DNA of 60,000 nucleotides from Botryllus schlosseri (GCA_051294905.1 CM119371.1:33606001-33666000), one strand, 5' to 3'; counted from the first letter of the stretch, positions 1-14,341 are shown. The notes: generated by a model from the letters alone, not told the origin. Numbers and translations are program-made.

Positions 1-1507
1 CAATTGCAAGGCCAACCAAAATTTGGTTAGCATGACCGAGAAATTTGATGATGACTAAAACAACAGTTCTGACGTATTGACGTATCCAGGGGTCAGCCAC
101 ATTTATCCCAGATCTTCGTATATGACCATAAAGTAGAATATTTCATAGCAGTTTTATTTGACTTGAAATTTTTCTCGATACTTCGCATGATCCATTGTCA
201 CTAGATTTCTTGCATTCAGTATTTGAGCCCCCTTTTGAAAATTATAAATACATATTCTTCACAGAATTGAGTCTAACTATATTCGCAATTAGGAGATACG
301 GCTTCGCTTGTGCACTCGCAGCGAGATCGTCGACAAAATATTTGCACAAAATGATAGATGATTTTTGCACAAACTGATACCATCGATTTTGCTATGTCTA
401 AACGTCGAATAATCCTGTCCTTGCCAAATGAGCCCAGTGGTATACAGATGCGACCCCCAATGTATGTTAGCGACATATATATTGATATAGCTATAGCCTA
501 ATTCAATCGTTATCTTGCAAAAAAATTTCGCGCTTCGCGCGACCAGTGCCTGATTGCGTACTGCACAGTTGGATGACATAATGTTATCAATTTTAAAGCG
601 TAGTAATATAGGTCTTGTTTGCAATGTTTCATAATTCGGTTCGCTCCTACCGACGACTAAAAAAAGGTTATCAACATTCCCGTAGCCCGCGCAATGGTTC
701 GTAAATCTCAGGTGTCCCTTTCGCCGAAAAAGTTGCCCACCCCTGATATAGATAAAAGACATTACTTGCAAATTACAACTCAGTTGCAAAGGGGACGAAA
801 ATCGCAAGATGCGTTTTCGCGATGCAGTCAAAATTGATGCAATTTTTGGAATTATACCACGATACTGTGACAGAGAAAATGCATCGGCTGGTTTTGTAAA
901 ATTGTAAAATCATGTAAATATGACCAAACGATGCTTCCCATTTGACAAAATTAAAAATATTTGTAGTGTAGCTTAGATGTTTGGGTCGAACAAATGATTA
1001 AGAAAGACTGCAAGTCCCAATCCTTGAATACTTGATTAAGTACATGTAGACTAGACATAGGCTATGGTCTTTGACTACTTAACTAAATTCCATTTATGAC
1101 CAATGTCTATTACTAGTAGTAAGAGTGTTTGTGCTTGTAATCAGGATAGTGTGGAATGACAAAATTAGTAAGTTCAATTTCTTTATTAGTTGCTGAGTCA
1201 TACACAAGAGCTACACTTGGATTTTTTATCGACATTTTTATTATACAGGATTGGATATCTGCCATATTTGAATGATTCATAGATTTCAGGATATTAGAGA
1301 GTCCATGTTATAAAAACTTGAATAAGGAAGGATATTTAGCAAATCTTTATTTCATGTTAATTGCATAGTGGATAATTCGAGCTGTGCCACAATGAAACAA
1401 TTCAGCATGCCGCAGTTAATCATATATTTGCATATGTTTAATGGTTGTATGATAGTCATTCAACCGACGATGTGGCATATGATTTTCGAGGTAAATTGAT
1501 AATAATG

Positions 1508-1690
1508 CTGGAGTCGGAGTCGGAGTCGGGAGTCGGAGTCGGTACGTTTAAAGACCCAGGAGTCGGAGTCGGAGTCGGTACGTTTAAAGACTCAGGAGTC
1601 GGAGTCGGAGTCGGAGTCGGTATATTGAAAATGTGTGGAGTCGGAGTCGGAGCCGGAGTCGGTGGTAAATTTACCGACTCCACAGCCCTG
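1508..1690. repeat. (GGAGTC)n-rich end of a MITE
   Basis: Tandem GGAGTC hexamers interrupted by GGTACGTTTAAAGAC, ending in CCGACTCCACAGCCCTG. A related end CAGGGCTTCGGAGTCGGAG occurs near 47058. Confidence 0.6.
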
Positions 1691-2204
1691 ACCATGACTA
1701 GGTTTTTCAGTGACTAAGGAATCGATATTGGGGCTGGGCAGACGTGTTACTAGCTGAAATACTATCTCATCATAAGGATTGATCTTGTGGGAAATCCCTA
1801 GGCCGTTTTCTAAGCGTCTCGATCAAAGTAGTGGTCTCGACCATTGTACGTCAAGGCAATATGCTCATTGCTTATATCAACTTACTCTCCATCGATGCTT
1901 CCATGACCGAAGTTTGTCAGCTAGTGAGGAATAGTGTTATTGGGCACAGGCGAATAGCTTATTTTGAAACAACTACAATAATTTGACACTGTAATCAATT
2001 TCAGCGTTCTCCCAAAATCACAAACCTGATCGCCGGCCGCATGTGGCCGCGTGTTCGTGTCTTCGTGACCCCTGGTATAGTACAAAACGAGACAAGCTTG
2101 AACACTGAGGTTGATGTACAGATGTTAACCATTCTCATGCACTGTGATTTGATATGAACTAAGCTCGATTTTGATTCATTTTTCATTCACAATTTCATTC
2201 AAGT

Positions 2205-2450
2205 TTTAGCAAATTCAGAAATTCTAATTCTAATCTAGTTTGGGAAAAAAATGTGTAGTTCTAGTTCTAGTTCTAATTATAATCTAATTTCAAAAAGATG
2301 TGTACCTCTATATCCAATTCTAATCTAATTTGGAAAAATTTTGTTACTCTAATTCTAATTCGAATCCAGTTTGCAAAAAACTGTGCAGCTCATATTCTAA
2401 TTCTAATCGAATTTGGAAAAGCTAAAAAATTTCTAGTTGTCCAAGTCTGA
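2205..2450. repeat. TTCTAG/TTCTAA-rich degenerate tandem-repeat family (MITE-internal minisatellite)
   Basis: Repeated TTCTAATTCTAATCTA..GAAAA units of about 40 bp. Related arrays at about 22290-22420, 22750-23030, 49630-49980 and 54940-55360. Confidence 0.6.
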
Positions 2451-4459
2451 TTGTGTAAGCAGATAAAAGTAATAGAATCCCTCAAAAATTGGATTCCCTA
2501 ATTTTTGTTACATGGCAATCTCATTTACCACATTTGCTCAAGGTAACGCTGAACAGCCCCATCGTCGCACTGCTGTGCCACGGGGGACCGGTTGAGAACC
2601 ACTGTATTACACCATCTATGATATGGGTGGCAGGGGAGTAGCCGAATAAGTCATGTACGTCTACGTTTCTACGGATACCATGTTTATCTGATCGACGTAA
2701 AAACGATTGCGTAGTTCAGCGCACAAGTAGGCTACTTACCAGAACCAATATTTCACTTTTGTAGGGCTCTTATAAATCCTAATTGAAACGTGTGGGTGAC
2801 ATTTTTAAAATCAATAAAATAGGATTATTTCAAGTAGTAAACAATGAATGATGTGCAAGTCTAGGTAACTATCTCGTTCCCCTTCGCAAACCTTACTTAC
2901 TTCAAATCACTCCACAAGACGACAAGACGACACCCAATCCATTTCTGCCGACGGTATCTCCTTCCAACTTAACAGAGTGGAAATTAGCTTGAGAAAGAGA
3001 AATGATATTGATACTAAGTACAGGTTGATCTACACCCCGGCCACACGCCGCTCACGTCTCGAATGTTGCTGCGGTCTAGATTTATGTTTGATACTAGATG
3101 GAATCATGATAATGTCATTTTGATGAAGTCAAGACATTGTTTTTGTAATAGAGGGTCGAATTTTGTTCTATATTCAAAATCTGTCGCCAATCCTATGTAC
3201 ATGGACAATGGATATACTACGAAAATCATTGGGAAAAATTTAATTATATTGATATAGTGTATCAGTATTTTCTCGCGTTGTTTTGCTGCGTTGCTTGTGT
3301 GGTGCTCATTACGGGTCAAGTGCTTTGACAGAACGCGTTTCGGCTACGTTATTACAGAATCTATTTCTAGCAATTTACTGTGTTCGTTGCACGCTCTCCT
3401 GTCGTGATTCAAAGTCCTTGTGCGTGCAATCCACCTAAACAATTTAAAGGGGTTATGAGCCATCGTGGCATTTATAAAACGTCTGACTGACGCGGTGTAC
3501 ACTATTACTGATGCTGCTGTCTCGTCGTACATAGCAAATGAGCACTGCAAATTTAAATTAAGAATTGATTGAATATATAGAAATGGTGAAAGGGAGATGG
3601 GTATAATAGCGTATTGGCATGGACCCTGTACAGCATCTCTCAATATATTTTGATATTTACGATTTCGTAAGCTAGTGTGATACTAACACTTCGTAATATT
3701 TCCATTTTGTTTTCAGTTGTACTGTGCTATACCTAAAGCAGCGGCAAAAGTTTCTCCAACGGTTATCATATTATGTCATCGATGAGTGACAAAACGATAG
3801 TAAGCCAATATCTCCCGAAGGACAATAGAACTACTTCGCGCATAAATGCAGGCAATGATTCTACAATTACTTGGGATGGTCCTGTAAGACTCCACCTCAT
3901 AGGATAAATAACATACTCGTGAATGTTTCCTTCCGAAGTCAAACCATTAGAAAAGACTCCATTGGTACCTTAAAAAGTAAGCGCCTGCTTCACTTCTACC
4001 ACGACTGAGCCTGTAACTCGCGATAACATTTCAAAATTTCAACTCAGTCGCCGCGTCACGCAACCCAGTCGCCTTCGATGTGTTGCGTGGTGAGGTCTGC
4101 TGGCGACGCAGTGCGTCTCGTTCTGTCGTTTCCCGAGGGCCAGCGTGCACAGGGCTTAGAGTAAAACCCTATATGAAATAAAGTAGAAATTTCAACCACG
4201 ATAGCATTTGAGCTCAAATCAAGAACATGATTCACATTTGAACATATTTAATCCATATATATTTGCGGTATCATTATAACTATACCCGAAGCATAACTAC
4301 ATACCTGACCTGACATCGATAGCGACAATAAAATCTATGCTTGCGGAAAACGCCGTTACTTTTTACGATATTAAAATGTAACAATTTTGCCCGGATATTC
4401 TGATTGGGAATTGAACAGCTTCTTGTTCTTGGGGGTACAGAACTTCAAAAGACAATTGA

Positions 4460-4620
4460 TTAGTATATTCATATTGAAATGAACCCGAATATTTTCGGCT
4501 GACACTCGTCAGGGGTAATCGTCAACAACTAGTAGAGAATTCAAAAGACATCTTATATCAACAATCGTAACACAAAATATGACGTCACCAGCACGGAATG
4601 TCGAATACGAGAGCGTTCAA
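4460..4620. repeat. Dispersed repeat (TAGTATATTCATATTGAAATGAACCCGAATATTTTCGGCTGAC family)
   Basis: Close copy at about 58835-58980. Partial or palindromic copies at about 51230-51372 and 55420-55550. Confidence 0.65.
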
Positions 4621-6289
4621 TGTACTATTTTTAGATGATACACGAAGTATTTTTGTTGACACAGCCTCGGCTAGTGTATTTTGATAAAAGTCGACTCCGA
4701 GGCACACAAATGAAAGTGTGAGCGACCCTTTCCGAGTATGCGAAATCTGTCGTCTCGATTATTTTTCGCACATGCGGGAATATCCAACGAGTGTTCGCCA
4801 ATTGCATAATTTATGGCATGATGGCATGATGGGGAATTGCATTTCAAAAGTAATATCCCAGGTAAACTTTATTTGTTGTCATCCAAACTTCAGCTGATTG
4901 ATAAACTAGTGCTTCCAGTCCAAGGGGCGTATATTGTAATTAGAGAAATACAACTTTTCATCAATTTCCCAAAGGAGTGAACTCCTATGGTCCTAATAAA
5001 TCAATTCAGCAGTCACTCGGCAGTCGGAATGATCCCACCATTAGAAGCGCATACCGATAGATATCAACCGGAGTTCGCCCAAACCGATATCGGTAAGGTC
5101 TTAACTATTGACATCCTAGCACTTCAGTAGCATTTGAGTAGCATGTTATTTGAAGATTCCTGACCTTTACTATACAGTCAAATACGTTCGATTCGGACAC
5201 CTGATAACCCGGCCAACCGCTTTATTCCGACAAGATGTTCGGGATCGAATCAAAAGAAAAAAGTTGCACGTGAAAAACTCCCGTTAATTCGGACAATTCT
5301 CCGCATATTACGGACTATTGCTAGGAATTCTAATTTTTATAGGTTATGACAACATGAACATGATTCCGTTGGTATTAATACAAGATGAGTGATTATAGTA
5401 AAATAATGACGATCTATATGCAGTAGCAATCGACAATAACCCGCATAAGGCCGTACCAGTTTCATTGTCGAATGTATTTCGGTGCATTTGCGTCCATCTT
5501 GAACACGTACAGAAATAAGTGAACGTGCGATTTTACTGCGGATTGGTAGCCTAAAGTGAATATCCAGTGAGAATTTCAGCTCAAGAAATTTGCTACTTTT
5601 GTAGTTGAGTAGGAATTTATGATATTACTTCGACTACTACTTGATTACCTACGCTGAGTACTTTGATCCGATTATTATTTACTTTATCTTCGATCGTGGT
5701 ATTGAATGGAGCGTAAACGTCACGACGAAGAAAGATAAATTATTTCCTAATGAGTTTTTCTTTTCACCCATAGTTTAGGGTTAGTAGAATTACTGATATA
5801 TAATCAACGAAATATCGTCGGTGCGTGGTTTCAACAGTCACGGAAAATATGTCAGACGATAATGACGTTAGCACAACCACTGCTAGATTTAAAGGGATGG
5901 GTTTCGAGGGAAACAGGTAATATTTTTTCTGTGTAACACGAATGTCAATGATGTTAAAATTATATATGGTACACTTCGTTATATCATCCTCATCCATCAC
6001 ATCGTATGTGTCTCATTCTCTGACAAGTCTTCTTGATTAGTCTTTGCGTCCGCATTCTAATTTTAGGAATCTGCATTTTCATTTCTGTTTGCTTTTCATT
6101 GATCAATGTTAACTCCCACAATCAGCCTCAATATTTTCATTGATATGGAGATTGGCATTGGGACGCAGCAATGCTGTCTGGCTCTTTTTCTCTTGAGCTA
6201 CTCTCTCGTTTCGCCAGACAGCATTATTGCGTCCCAATGCCAATCCCCATAACAATAAAAAATTCGAGGCCGATTGTGGGAGTTCCAGG

Positions 6290-6490
6290 GCCATGAGCGG
6301 AATAAAATTTATATTATCGTAATCAGTGCAGAGTCAGCTTTCGATTGATACCCGTTTTACCAAATTTAATGCTCGGCAAGCCGGTAAGAAATGACCGTCA
6401 AATTGCCTGTAGCCAAATGGAAATTGTGACGTGATACAATTTCACTGATGCGTGAGATTTGCCTGTGTCGACACCATATAGGACACTATG
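6290..6490 (+). repeat. Dispersed repeat, second copy at about 43905-44110
   Basis: Shared blocks CCATGAGC.GAATA, GATACCCGTTTTA, GCTCG.CAAGCCGGT and AAATGGAAA.T.TGACGT in the same order. Confidence 0.6.
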
Positions 6491-7452
6491 TTATATTATT
6501 ACAATTGAGTAATACCAGTAATATTGGCATTGCAAATTCTCTGCAACCACAGGGACTATGATGTCAGTTAGACGTCATAAAAATCCAATTAGCATTGATG
6601 GAGCATGACAACTTTTTTGACAGTTTGTGGCCACAATTGTGATGCTCGACAGAAATCTCGTTCCATTGCCATTCGTCATCCAGCACGACATGTTTTTCTA
6701 CCCTGGGGTACACGGCTTACTGCGGGTTTCAAGGCTCCAGCGGTGGAAATCAATTATTAATCTCGGTATATCAGTAAGCCTTCGCGGAACTACAAATTTC
6801 GCTGAGTCGCAAAACAAAAAATCTAGTACATTACATATCTAATATAAATTATTTCGAAATATACTGGTGCACAAAATGAGCTGTGCATCTGTAACAGTAT
6901 TCTAAGAACCGAACAATTTTGAATAAACAATGATTTTCTCGCAAACCAAAACTAATTTGTTTATTATTTACTTTTACTGCGATTCATCGTGACTTTTGTT
7001 GTATGAGTTTTGGGTCCGTCTTGACATCCAGCGAACCCCAATGACTGGCTAAACGAACCCCTTGTGTGAGTCCAGTTCGGGACCACTGTCCCGGACAATC
7101 CGAACGTCATAATAAACCATATTGCATCATATTATCGACATTTCATAAAATAATGCATCCTCGTCAGTTATAACGACAGGATAGGACAGGATAGGACAGG
7201 ATAGGCCTGAGATTCCAAACATACTATACATGCATCGTGATCATCTTTAGTAAATTCAATTACCAACGAGAAAATATTATTATAATTTCTTGGTATAGGA
7301 TTTTCTTTATAACCATCCTCTGATTATATTTCTCATTACTAAAAGGCAGAGCCACATGATATATCGTGCTATGACTCTCAAGTTACCGAAATGTACGAGC
7401 TGACGACTATGTCTATGACGCCTCAGTTTTTTTCTCAACTTTTTCCTTTTAG

Positions 7453-10400
7453 TACGGGAAGTCTTGTCCGACCCGAGGAGGCGATAACAGGAACAACAAT
7501 CGTCGGATTAGTTTATAAAGACGGCGTTATTCTTGGAGCGCGCACACGAGCCACAGAGGAAAGAACCAGTGTGGCAGAAATAAACTGCTTTAAAATTCAT
7601 TACATTTCTCCGAACATTTTGTAAGTACTAATCGGTCTATCATGCAGCTAAAATTTGCATAATGCAATCTCGCGACTAATCCTCGATTTGCATATTTTTA
7701 TAGTATCGGTCTTTCGGCAAGCAATAGATCCATCACATTCTAAGAAAACATGCTTCGACCATCGTCGACTTGCTGTTACCCATATAAAATACTGCCTTAC
7801 AACCAGGATAATAATATCCCTATGGTTCAATTTCGTCATAACATTTAACCGTCATTGGTTTCTTCGTTGTGTTGTTTCTGAAGGAATCAGTTACCTCCGG
7901 TTGGAGTGGGCTCAATATTAGGGATGGTGTGAATGTGAGGTTCACGTTCGCGTTATGTGTGTGAACCTCGGAAATTTGGCGGTTCACGTTCACAACAGAA
8001 CCTTGATATGTTCTGCACTGTGAATCTATTTCATATATTACAATTTTCACTTTATTATAACCTCTTTGGTTCAAATTTATTGCATTTCAACTGCGGGCCA
8101 CCTATGCATGGCTCTAACAGCATAAACAATCAACACTAAACGAGCATGCACCTTGACAATCTCGAAATTTTACTTGCGTTGTTCCGAAAGTTTGCTCGAA
8201 ATATCCAGCTTTCCGTTTGTGAATATTTATTAGTGACTCTTTGCTGGGAGCTTGACTCGCAATCACACAATATAGAGAGCGAAATTCACTACATGTAGTC
8301 AGCGATTGATGCTTATTCAACCAATCAATGTGATTGATATCGTTGTCTGATGGAAAATCTAGCCGGCGTACGGAGTCAATCTTGACTTGGCTTGACTTGG
8401 CTACTGCTGTATAACTTGTAGATGGGTAATATCGGTAATATCTGCACCGTTCGCAGGACTCAGACTCCAGTTTTTTTTACTGCTTCTCACAACTACTTAC
8501 TTACATACTTACATACTTGAGTAGATTTTATTTTCACTACATCTACTTCTACTTCAAGTAGTTTAGGGAGGCTTTGAAAAGGAATACTACCACTCGTATT
8601 TGAGTAAGTTTTAGCGTCACTTCTTCTACTTCAACTTGAGTAGCTATATTGACTACTTCGACCACCTCTAGATTAACTGTTATAGGGAGTTGTCAACAGA
8701 AACCGGTTTGTAAACAATGTGCTCAGTGTTGTTGATTTGATCAATAGGACATGAAAAACGGTTCCATTATTTTTTCAATCGGTTTGCCTATTCGTAATCG
8801 TAAGTATATATAGCAGTAGTACCCAAGATTTCTTCACCCACGTACCATTTCGAGGTTTTATGCAGTACTCTTGTAACATCCACATACATTCGCTATAAGG
8901 AAATATCAAGTTGGAATCGTGTGTGTCTTACGAATGAAGGTATTTCTGGCACGCTATGGCAATTCCAATAAATTTTTACTATGCTGAAAATCCTAATCTG
9001 AGGTCAAGAAAATATAACATCATGCAACAAAGTGAATTATCACTAATTCCGATCCCAAGTTTTTCAATGACACCCTCCAACAGCTACGCCTGTTAATATG
9101 ATCGTGTGGGCTGAGAATGGATGAATATTTTACAGTAATATCTGCAACTACTAATATTATCGACAAAATTCATTCACGAGGTTGAAAAAACCCTTCGGGC
9201 GAAAAAACAAACATAATCTACCCGCGTACCACCTGGGAGGCCTTCCCGTACCACTAATAGTACGCGTACCACAGGTTGGGTGCCACTGATAAAAGGCAAC
9301 GACTAGAAATAGGTTGAATCGATTTTTTTTTTTAATTTACTGGCAGTTGTACTTGTCGCAATGATTTTTAGGTACAATTATAAACAGTATTCCCGATCAA
9401 TATTCAGTAATCGGTGGCTAGACTCGTGTCACTAACTAGATGTTGGCGTTCACCATGGAAATATCATGACTATTGCGAGTTGCGACATATCAAAACTTTC
9501 GTCAACAAGAATCATGACATTGTCTCGTTTACAATAAGCTGTTACGGAGCCGATACGGATGCAGACAAGAAGATGATTGCATCGAATATTACTCTCTCGA
9601 ATCTTTCTCTTCTTCCTCAACTGGGAAATACAGAGATAGTGACTGCCATCGGTCTGCTGCGTGCGTACTTGGCCAAATACCTGGGAAATGGCAGCGTGAC
9701 CTCTGGTGACTGCAAAGTATGTTGTGCTGTATGTAGGGTTGCATTTAAAACAAACGGTGTTTTAAAACACTTTGTTTAAAACATGTTTTAAACAGTGTTT
9801 TAATCAATTTCCTTTAAAAAATGTTTTTTTTTCAAACGTTGTCTTAATATGCCGTAATTGTGTAAATACGTCCGACAAACATGTTGTATGATGAGCCTAC
9901 CAACGATTTGCACCCGATATAATCGACGTATACGGTGTGGCGTGGCTGGAACCCTCGAAATCGTTGTCGGTTCAACAGTTTTAGCATATAGATATAGGTC
10001 ATCATACTGTAATGATATTTTTGGTCTGTTTATGACAGTGTTCGGAAGACCTTCGAAAGAGCCATATTTATCCTGTATTTTCAATTGTCAATATCAATCC
10101 ACTGTGGCGTCACAATTAAATATTCGTGACGTCATAACTAAAAAAGACATATTTAAACAAGAGCATTGTTTTAAACATGTTTGTTTTAAATGCAACCATA
10201 GTGTATGTTTCGCAAAATATTAGGGCAGACTTGACGAACAATGTTCTTTATTATGGTCAGGGCAAGACCGCGTTGGTCCTTGCGGGAGTCAACAATTCCA
10301 CGCCCTATCTACGCAGCATCTCTGCCAATGGATCCGAGGAAGATCACGATCATATCACTATGGGTTAGTATTTATGACCCAATTCGCGTCGTGTTACTTT

Positions 10401-11730
10401 CGGCAGGAGAAGTTGACTTTTCATTTATCCTAGACGTATGACTTTAGATATGTCACATATGGTCATCGAGCATTGGAGTAGATTCCGTGATATTCAATTC
10501 CTTTCCAGGGTTTGCCTCGTCTGCTGCCAGGAAAATGCTTCAAGATGAGTACACGCAAAATATGGAGGTAAGATATATATTTTTGGTGGATACTCACTAG
10601 AAACGAAATTCGTACAACTGACGCTCGTACGCTGGGAGACGAGGAATGACAACTTCATTTGTGCCTTGGTGGGAGATGAAAAGGGTAAAAGTAGTTAGCG
10701 TTTGTACTAGAATAGATATGGAACTAACGCCATAAATTTTGACACAATGATAAGTAAGAGTTACGATATTAAGTTATACTCTGATTGCGATATTTGAGTA
10801 TAGTTTCAAGATATAAATTTCCTCGAGGAATCGTATATGTTTTAGCAGGTAATCAGATTTGTTACATTCTAAATTATAAAAGGTGTGTGGGGCATGTCGA
10901 ATAAAAGCCATGGTTAACTATACTTGGTCAACTTCCTGTCTGAATTATGCGTGCGTAGTTTGCGTGCGAAGGCAGAGCTTGTGTGGGCAATACCAAAAAC
11001 AGGTATCTCGCCTATGGCCTGCATGTGTTTGTCATAGTCGATATCAAAATATAAAGTCGGAGCATAATGCTGTCAAGTCATCTGATTTGTGGATTTGGTG
11101 ATACTGGTCGGATTAGTCTTTGATCATCTGTTGTAGATATTTTATCTGAGTTTCGATTTCAGAAAAAGGATGCGATATCTCTCCTACGAAAAGCGATTGG
11201 TGCCGAAACTGGTCAGGACTCTGCATCCAATGTAGAACTCTGCATAATCAAGTAAGACAATAAATTGGTATATCTGGGACCTCGAGATTGCGTACCAGAC
11301 GGGTGTTATTGCACTTGACGTGATTCTCAGATTTAAATAAGTTTTGTTGACTGATTACAGTATTTTTGACGCCGAATGTCTTTTTGCTGTTACCACTCAC
11401 TCAATTAAATCAAATAAGCCTACCTGTTGTCTTATGCGAATGAGAATAATAGGATACCAACGTAAATGCACATTCACAAACACAGCGCTAATCCAATTTC
11501 CTGTAGCCAGACGTTGTCTCTCAAAGTTATTTAAATCAGGCAGACTAAATATATATTACACATATCTCAATATTGCCGCTAAGGTGGTAATTTTGTTTCT
11601 TTTTCGACTTGATTTTGAATCGAACCCTGTCTTGTTCCTTAGACAAAGTAACGTTGAAACAGATATATATAGTCAGATTCGTGGTGTGGGAGATATTCGG
11701 GGTCACCGAAATTTTGTAACACCCTATTGA
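7453..11730 (+). CDS. PSMB7-like: Divergent proteasome subunit beta type-7 (beta2)-like protein, spliced; 5' end uncertain
   Basis: In-frame GT-AG exons: 7453-7620 (..[37 protein letters not shown]), 9539-9716 ([10 protein letters not shown]..), 10261-10363 ([26 protein letters not shown]), 10509-10567, 11163-11251 (..[10 protein letters not shown]) and 11643-11730 (stop TGA). All splice phases are compatible and the protein is collinear with PSMB7. Speculative upstream exons 4987/5029-5092 and 7350-7392 are also phase-compatible. Confidence 0.85.
9734..10200. mobile_element. hAT-like MITE (TAGGGTTGCATTTAAAAC ends) in a PSMB7-like intron
   Basis: TIRs TAGGGTTGCATTTAAAAC / GTTTTAAATGCAACCATA, approximate TSD. 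Inverted copy at 44422-44978; partial copy at about 39770-40130. Confidence 0.75.
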
Positions 11731-13029
11731 GTCAAGAACTAGAGTTGGAGCTGGCTAAACACATACGAGCTGTAGTCGGAGTCGTAGCTCGTTATATTGC
11801 TCCGACACCGACTCTAATTACTCTCCGATCTCGAGTCATAACTACTTTCAAATCGAAGCGATTGATGTACTCTCGAATGCTACCAAAGCGGGACTATTCG
11901 GTGCCGACTGTCGACCAATTCGACGACCGAGCTAATCATCATCAAAAGTTTTGGTCAGCCAGCGACAGTCATTTTTGGCATAGTTTTTGTCTTCATCGAC
12001 CTTGTTGGTAGGCCTACTTCACCTGACCAGCGGTTTGTTGGCCAAGATTTCACGTCGTCACGTGTCCCGACGCAGAAGAACTTGGCCTCAAAATGACTGT
12101 GTCTCATAGGTCCGCACCCACTCGCTGCACACCCCTTGACTAAAGCCTCCCAGCTGTCTTTGACGGTGTTTTCTAGCGATATCAGTCGGACAAATCTTAT
12201 CATGCATTCAAACCAATTTGTGGAATTACACAAAGGTCGGAACATTTTCATGACCATAAGTCATATTTCTGCGTTCCTCGATATTGGCCACTGTGCCCAA
12301 CATAGTGACCTTGGATATGTAAAAACAATTTAAAGGAAATAGCGCGAAGCGCGAATAATTTTTATTCCACGTAAATTAACAAATATTGCATACAGATCGC
12401 GCTGGTGCCGTGGCAACCCCGAAGTTATACCCTTTGCGACCCATACTTTAAGAACCCATAAGGGGGAGAAATTTGCCTAACTTGTAAATCTGAGACTATA
12501 AAGATAGTGTTTAGCTGCTATCTTTGTGTCTAGTGTTAATCGAAAAATTATTACGAAGTATGGTGGTGGTCCAGAGAAGGAAAACAGAAAGCCAATTTTA
12601 CCTCATTCTCCCGCGTGTCGCAGGCTCAGACGGGCTGATGCACTGTCAACTCCAATAGATTATACATCGTAACGGGTCAAAAAAATGACCAGTTTAGTAA
12701 AATCAATAAGTTTATCTGAAAAAATTCTAATCCCTCGTTTACTCGTCCGCTTTTTTAGATTTCAAAATGACTCGAGTCATCCCAACACTGACACACGGTG
12801 GTCCGACTACATATATAGCACATGACCGCATTCCAGCGGAGATTTGTCATGGCCCATCTGAGAGATAAATAGCCTACTCATGTACAATTGGCAACCGGCA
12901 ACTCCGCACTACAATATTTATATTTGTTTTTAAAAAGTCTGATCATTCTTCATTTCCTTGGAAACTATATAAATACAGATTTATATCATGCGATAGGTAC
13001 GAACCAACGAGGTTGTAAAAGTAGTCAGT

Positions 13030-13340
13030 GATGGCATGTTACTCAAGTAGACGGAGAAGTAACGTTGCATATTTCTACTCAACTCACAACTAGAAATAGG
13101 GATTTCAAAGACATGTCAAGACTATTTTCTTCGACGCCGCTTCAAACGAAAGTAGTAAATATCAGAAGTGGTCAAAGTAGTCAAGAAAGCTACTCAAGTA
13201 GAAGTAGAAGTAGCCAGGAAGAAATCTACTCAAGTACGAGCATAAGTACTTCTTGAATAAGCCACCTACAACTACTTGAAGTAGAAGTAGAATTGACTGA
13301 CTTAAAATGTACTCGAGTAAGTAAGTAGTTTTGAAAACAG
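13030..13340. repeat. TACTCAAGTAGAAGTAG-rich repeat family
   Basis: Recurring ACTCAAGTAG/AAGTAGAAGTAG motifs. Related patches at about 8490-8670, 39580-39730, 41730-42240 and 46205-46340. Confidence 0.5.
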
Positions 13341-14341
13341 TCCTAATTCGTTCGCATTGACAGTCAAAAGCTGCGAATTGAGCTTTGCGGAAGGTGCAGA
13401 GAGCTTGATTCGTATTGATGCATCCCACGAGGTATCAATTTGACATAATAAGCATTTCGTCGCATCATGGGATGCAAATTATAGTATTGATATGAAAATG
13501 CGATATTAACCCTTTGTGTACTAGAAGACCCCGTTTTAGAGAATATCTTGGCATCGCGCTCTACCCCATATTATAAGGCCCCAAGTTTAGGCGAAGAGCA
13601 ATACGTACAAGTTATATCGGGTACGGTTCATCACTTTGAGCGATTAGTATACGTTAATAACAAATATTGTGGATCATAAAAGTTATATTCAGTGTAGCTT
13701 TATTTTCGGAAAATACAGGCATTTCTACACTTGCTTTTTATGCTTCAACATGTATGTTCTCCAGACAAAAGAACTGAAAGTAATTAGAACTCAAAGTATG
13801 ATACTCGCAATTGAAAGTGAAGTACAAATACCACTTCTAAAAAGCGGAAACTATATTTCATGTCTTTTGTCCATAAAGCTTCTAAGGTGATCTGCTAAAA
13901 CAGGTGTAACGTTAAAAAAGCTTGATTTTCCAGATTAGCAAGACACGTAATGGGCTGCTAGATCACGATGTGACAGGTTGCTAGATTGCGAAACTGTAGT
14001 TTCGAACGTTATGGAGGGTCATATTTACGGTGATGAAATTTTTGATATGGGTGACAATGCGGTGTGATCGGAACCAAGTAATCAGGTACCTAAATTATAT
14101 TCACTGATACTTTTGTGAAAACATATTTGTCACTACAAAATTTACATACAAATCATACAAAGCTTTACAATAGATATTCATTCGAGAAGATCGTGCTGCA
14201 TGATGATTTGAACTTATTTTCTTCTGGTAGCCATGCGCTACAACTAAAACAGTATCTTGCTGTTCGCGGGCGATATACTCCTGACTCATGGTATGGATGG
14301 TTAAACAGAGCCAATAACTCTTTTCAAATTACAGTCTACAT

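Noticed and set aside
289..831. 180-aa minus-strand ORF
   Set aside because: Overlaps MITE-like sequence (about 87-745), starts at a non-ATG codon and shows no recognisable domain.
1445..1717. ORFs with GVGVG / PTPTP repeats
   Set aside because: Translation of the (GGAGTC)n MITE end; open on both strands only because the hexamer has no stop.
3717..3800. Possible extra 5' exon of the PSMB7-like gene (good acceptor, GTAAG donor)
   Set aside because: No homology and no demonstrable frame link; it could be UTR but is unsupported.
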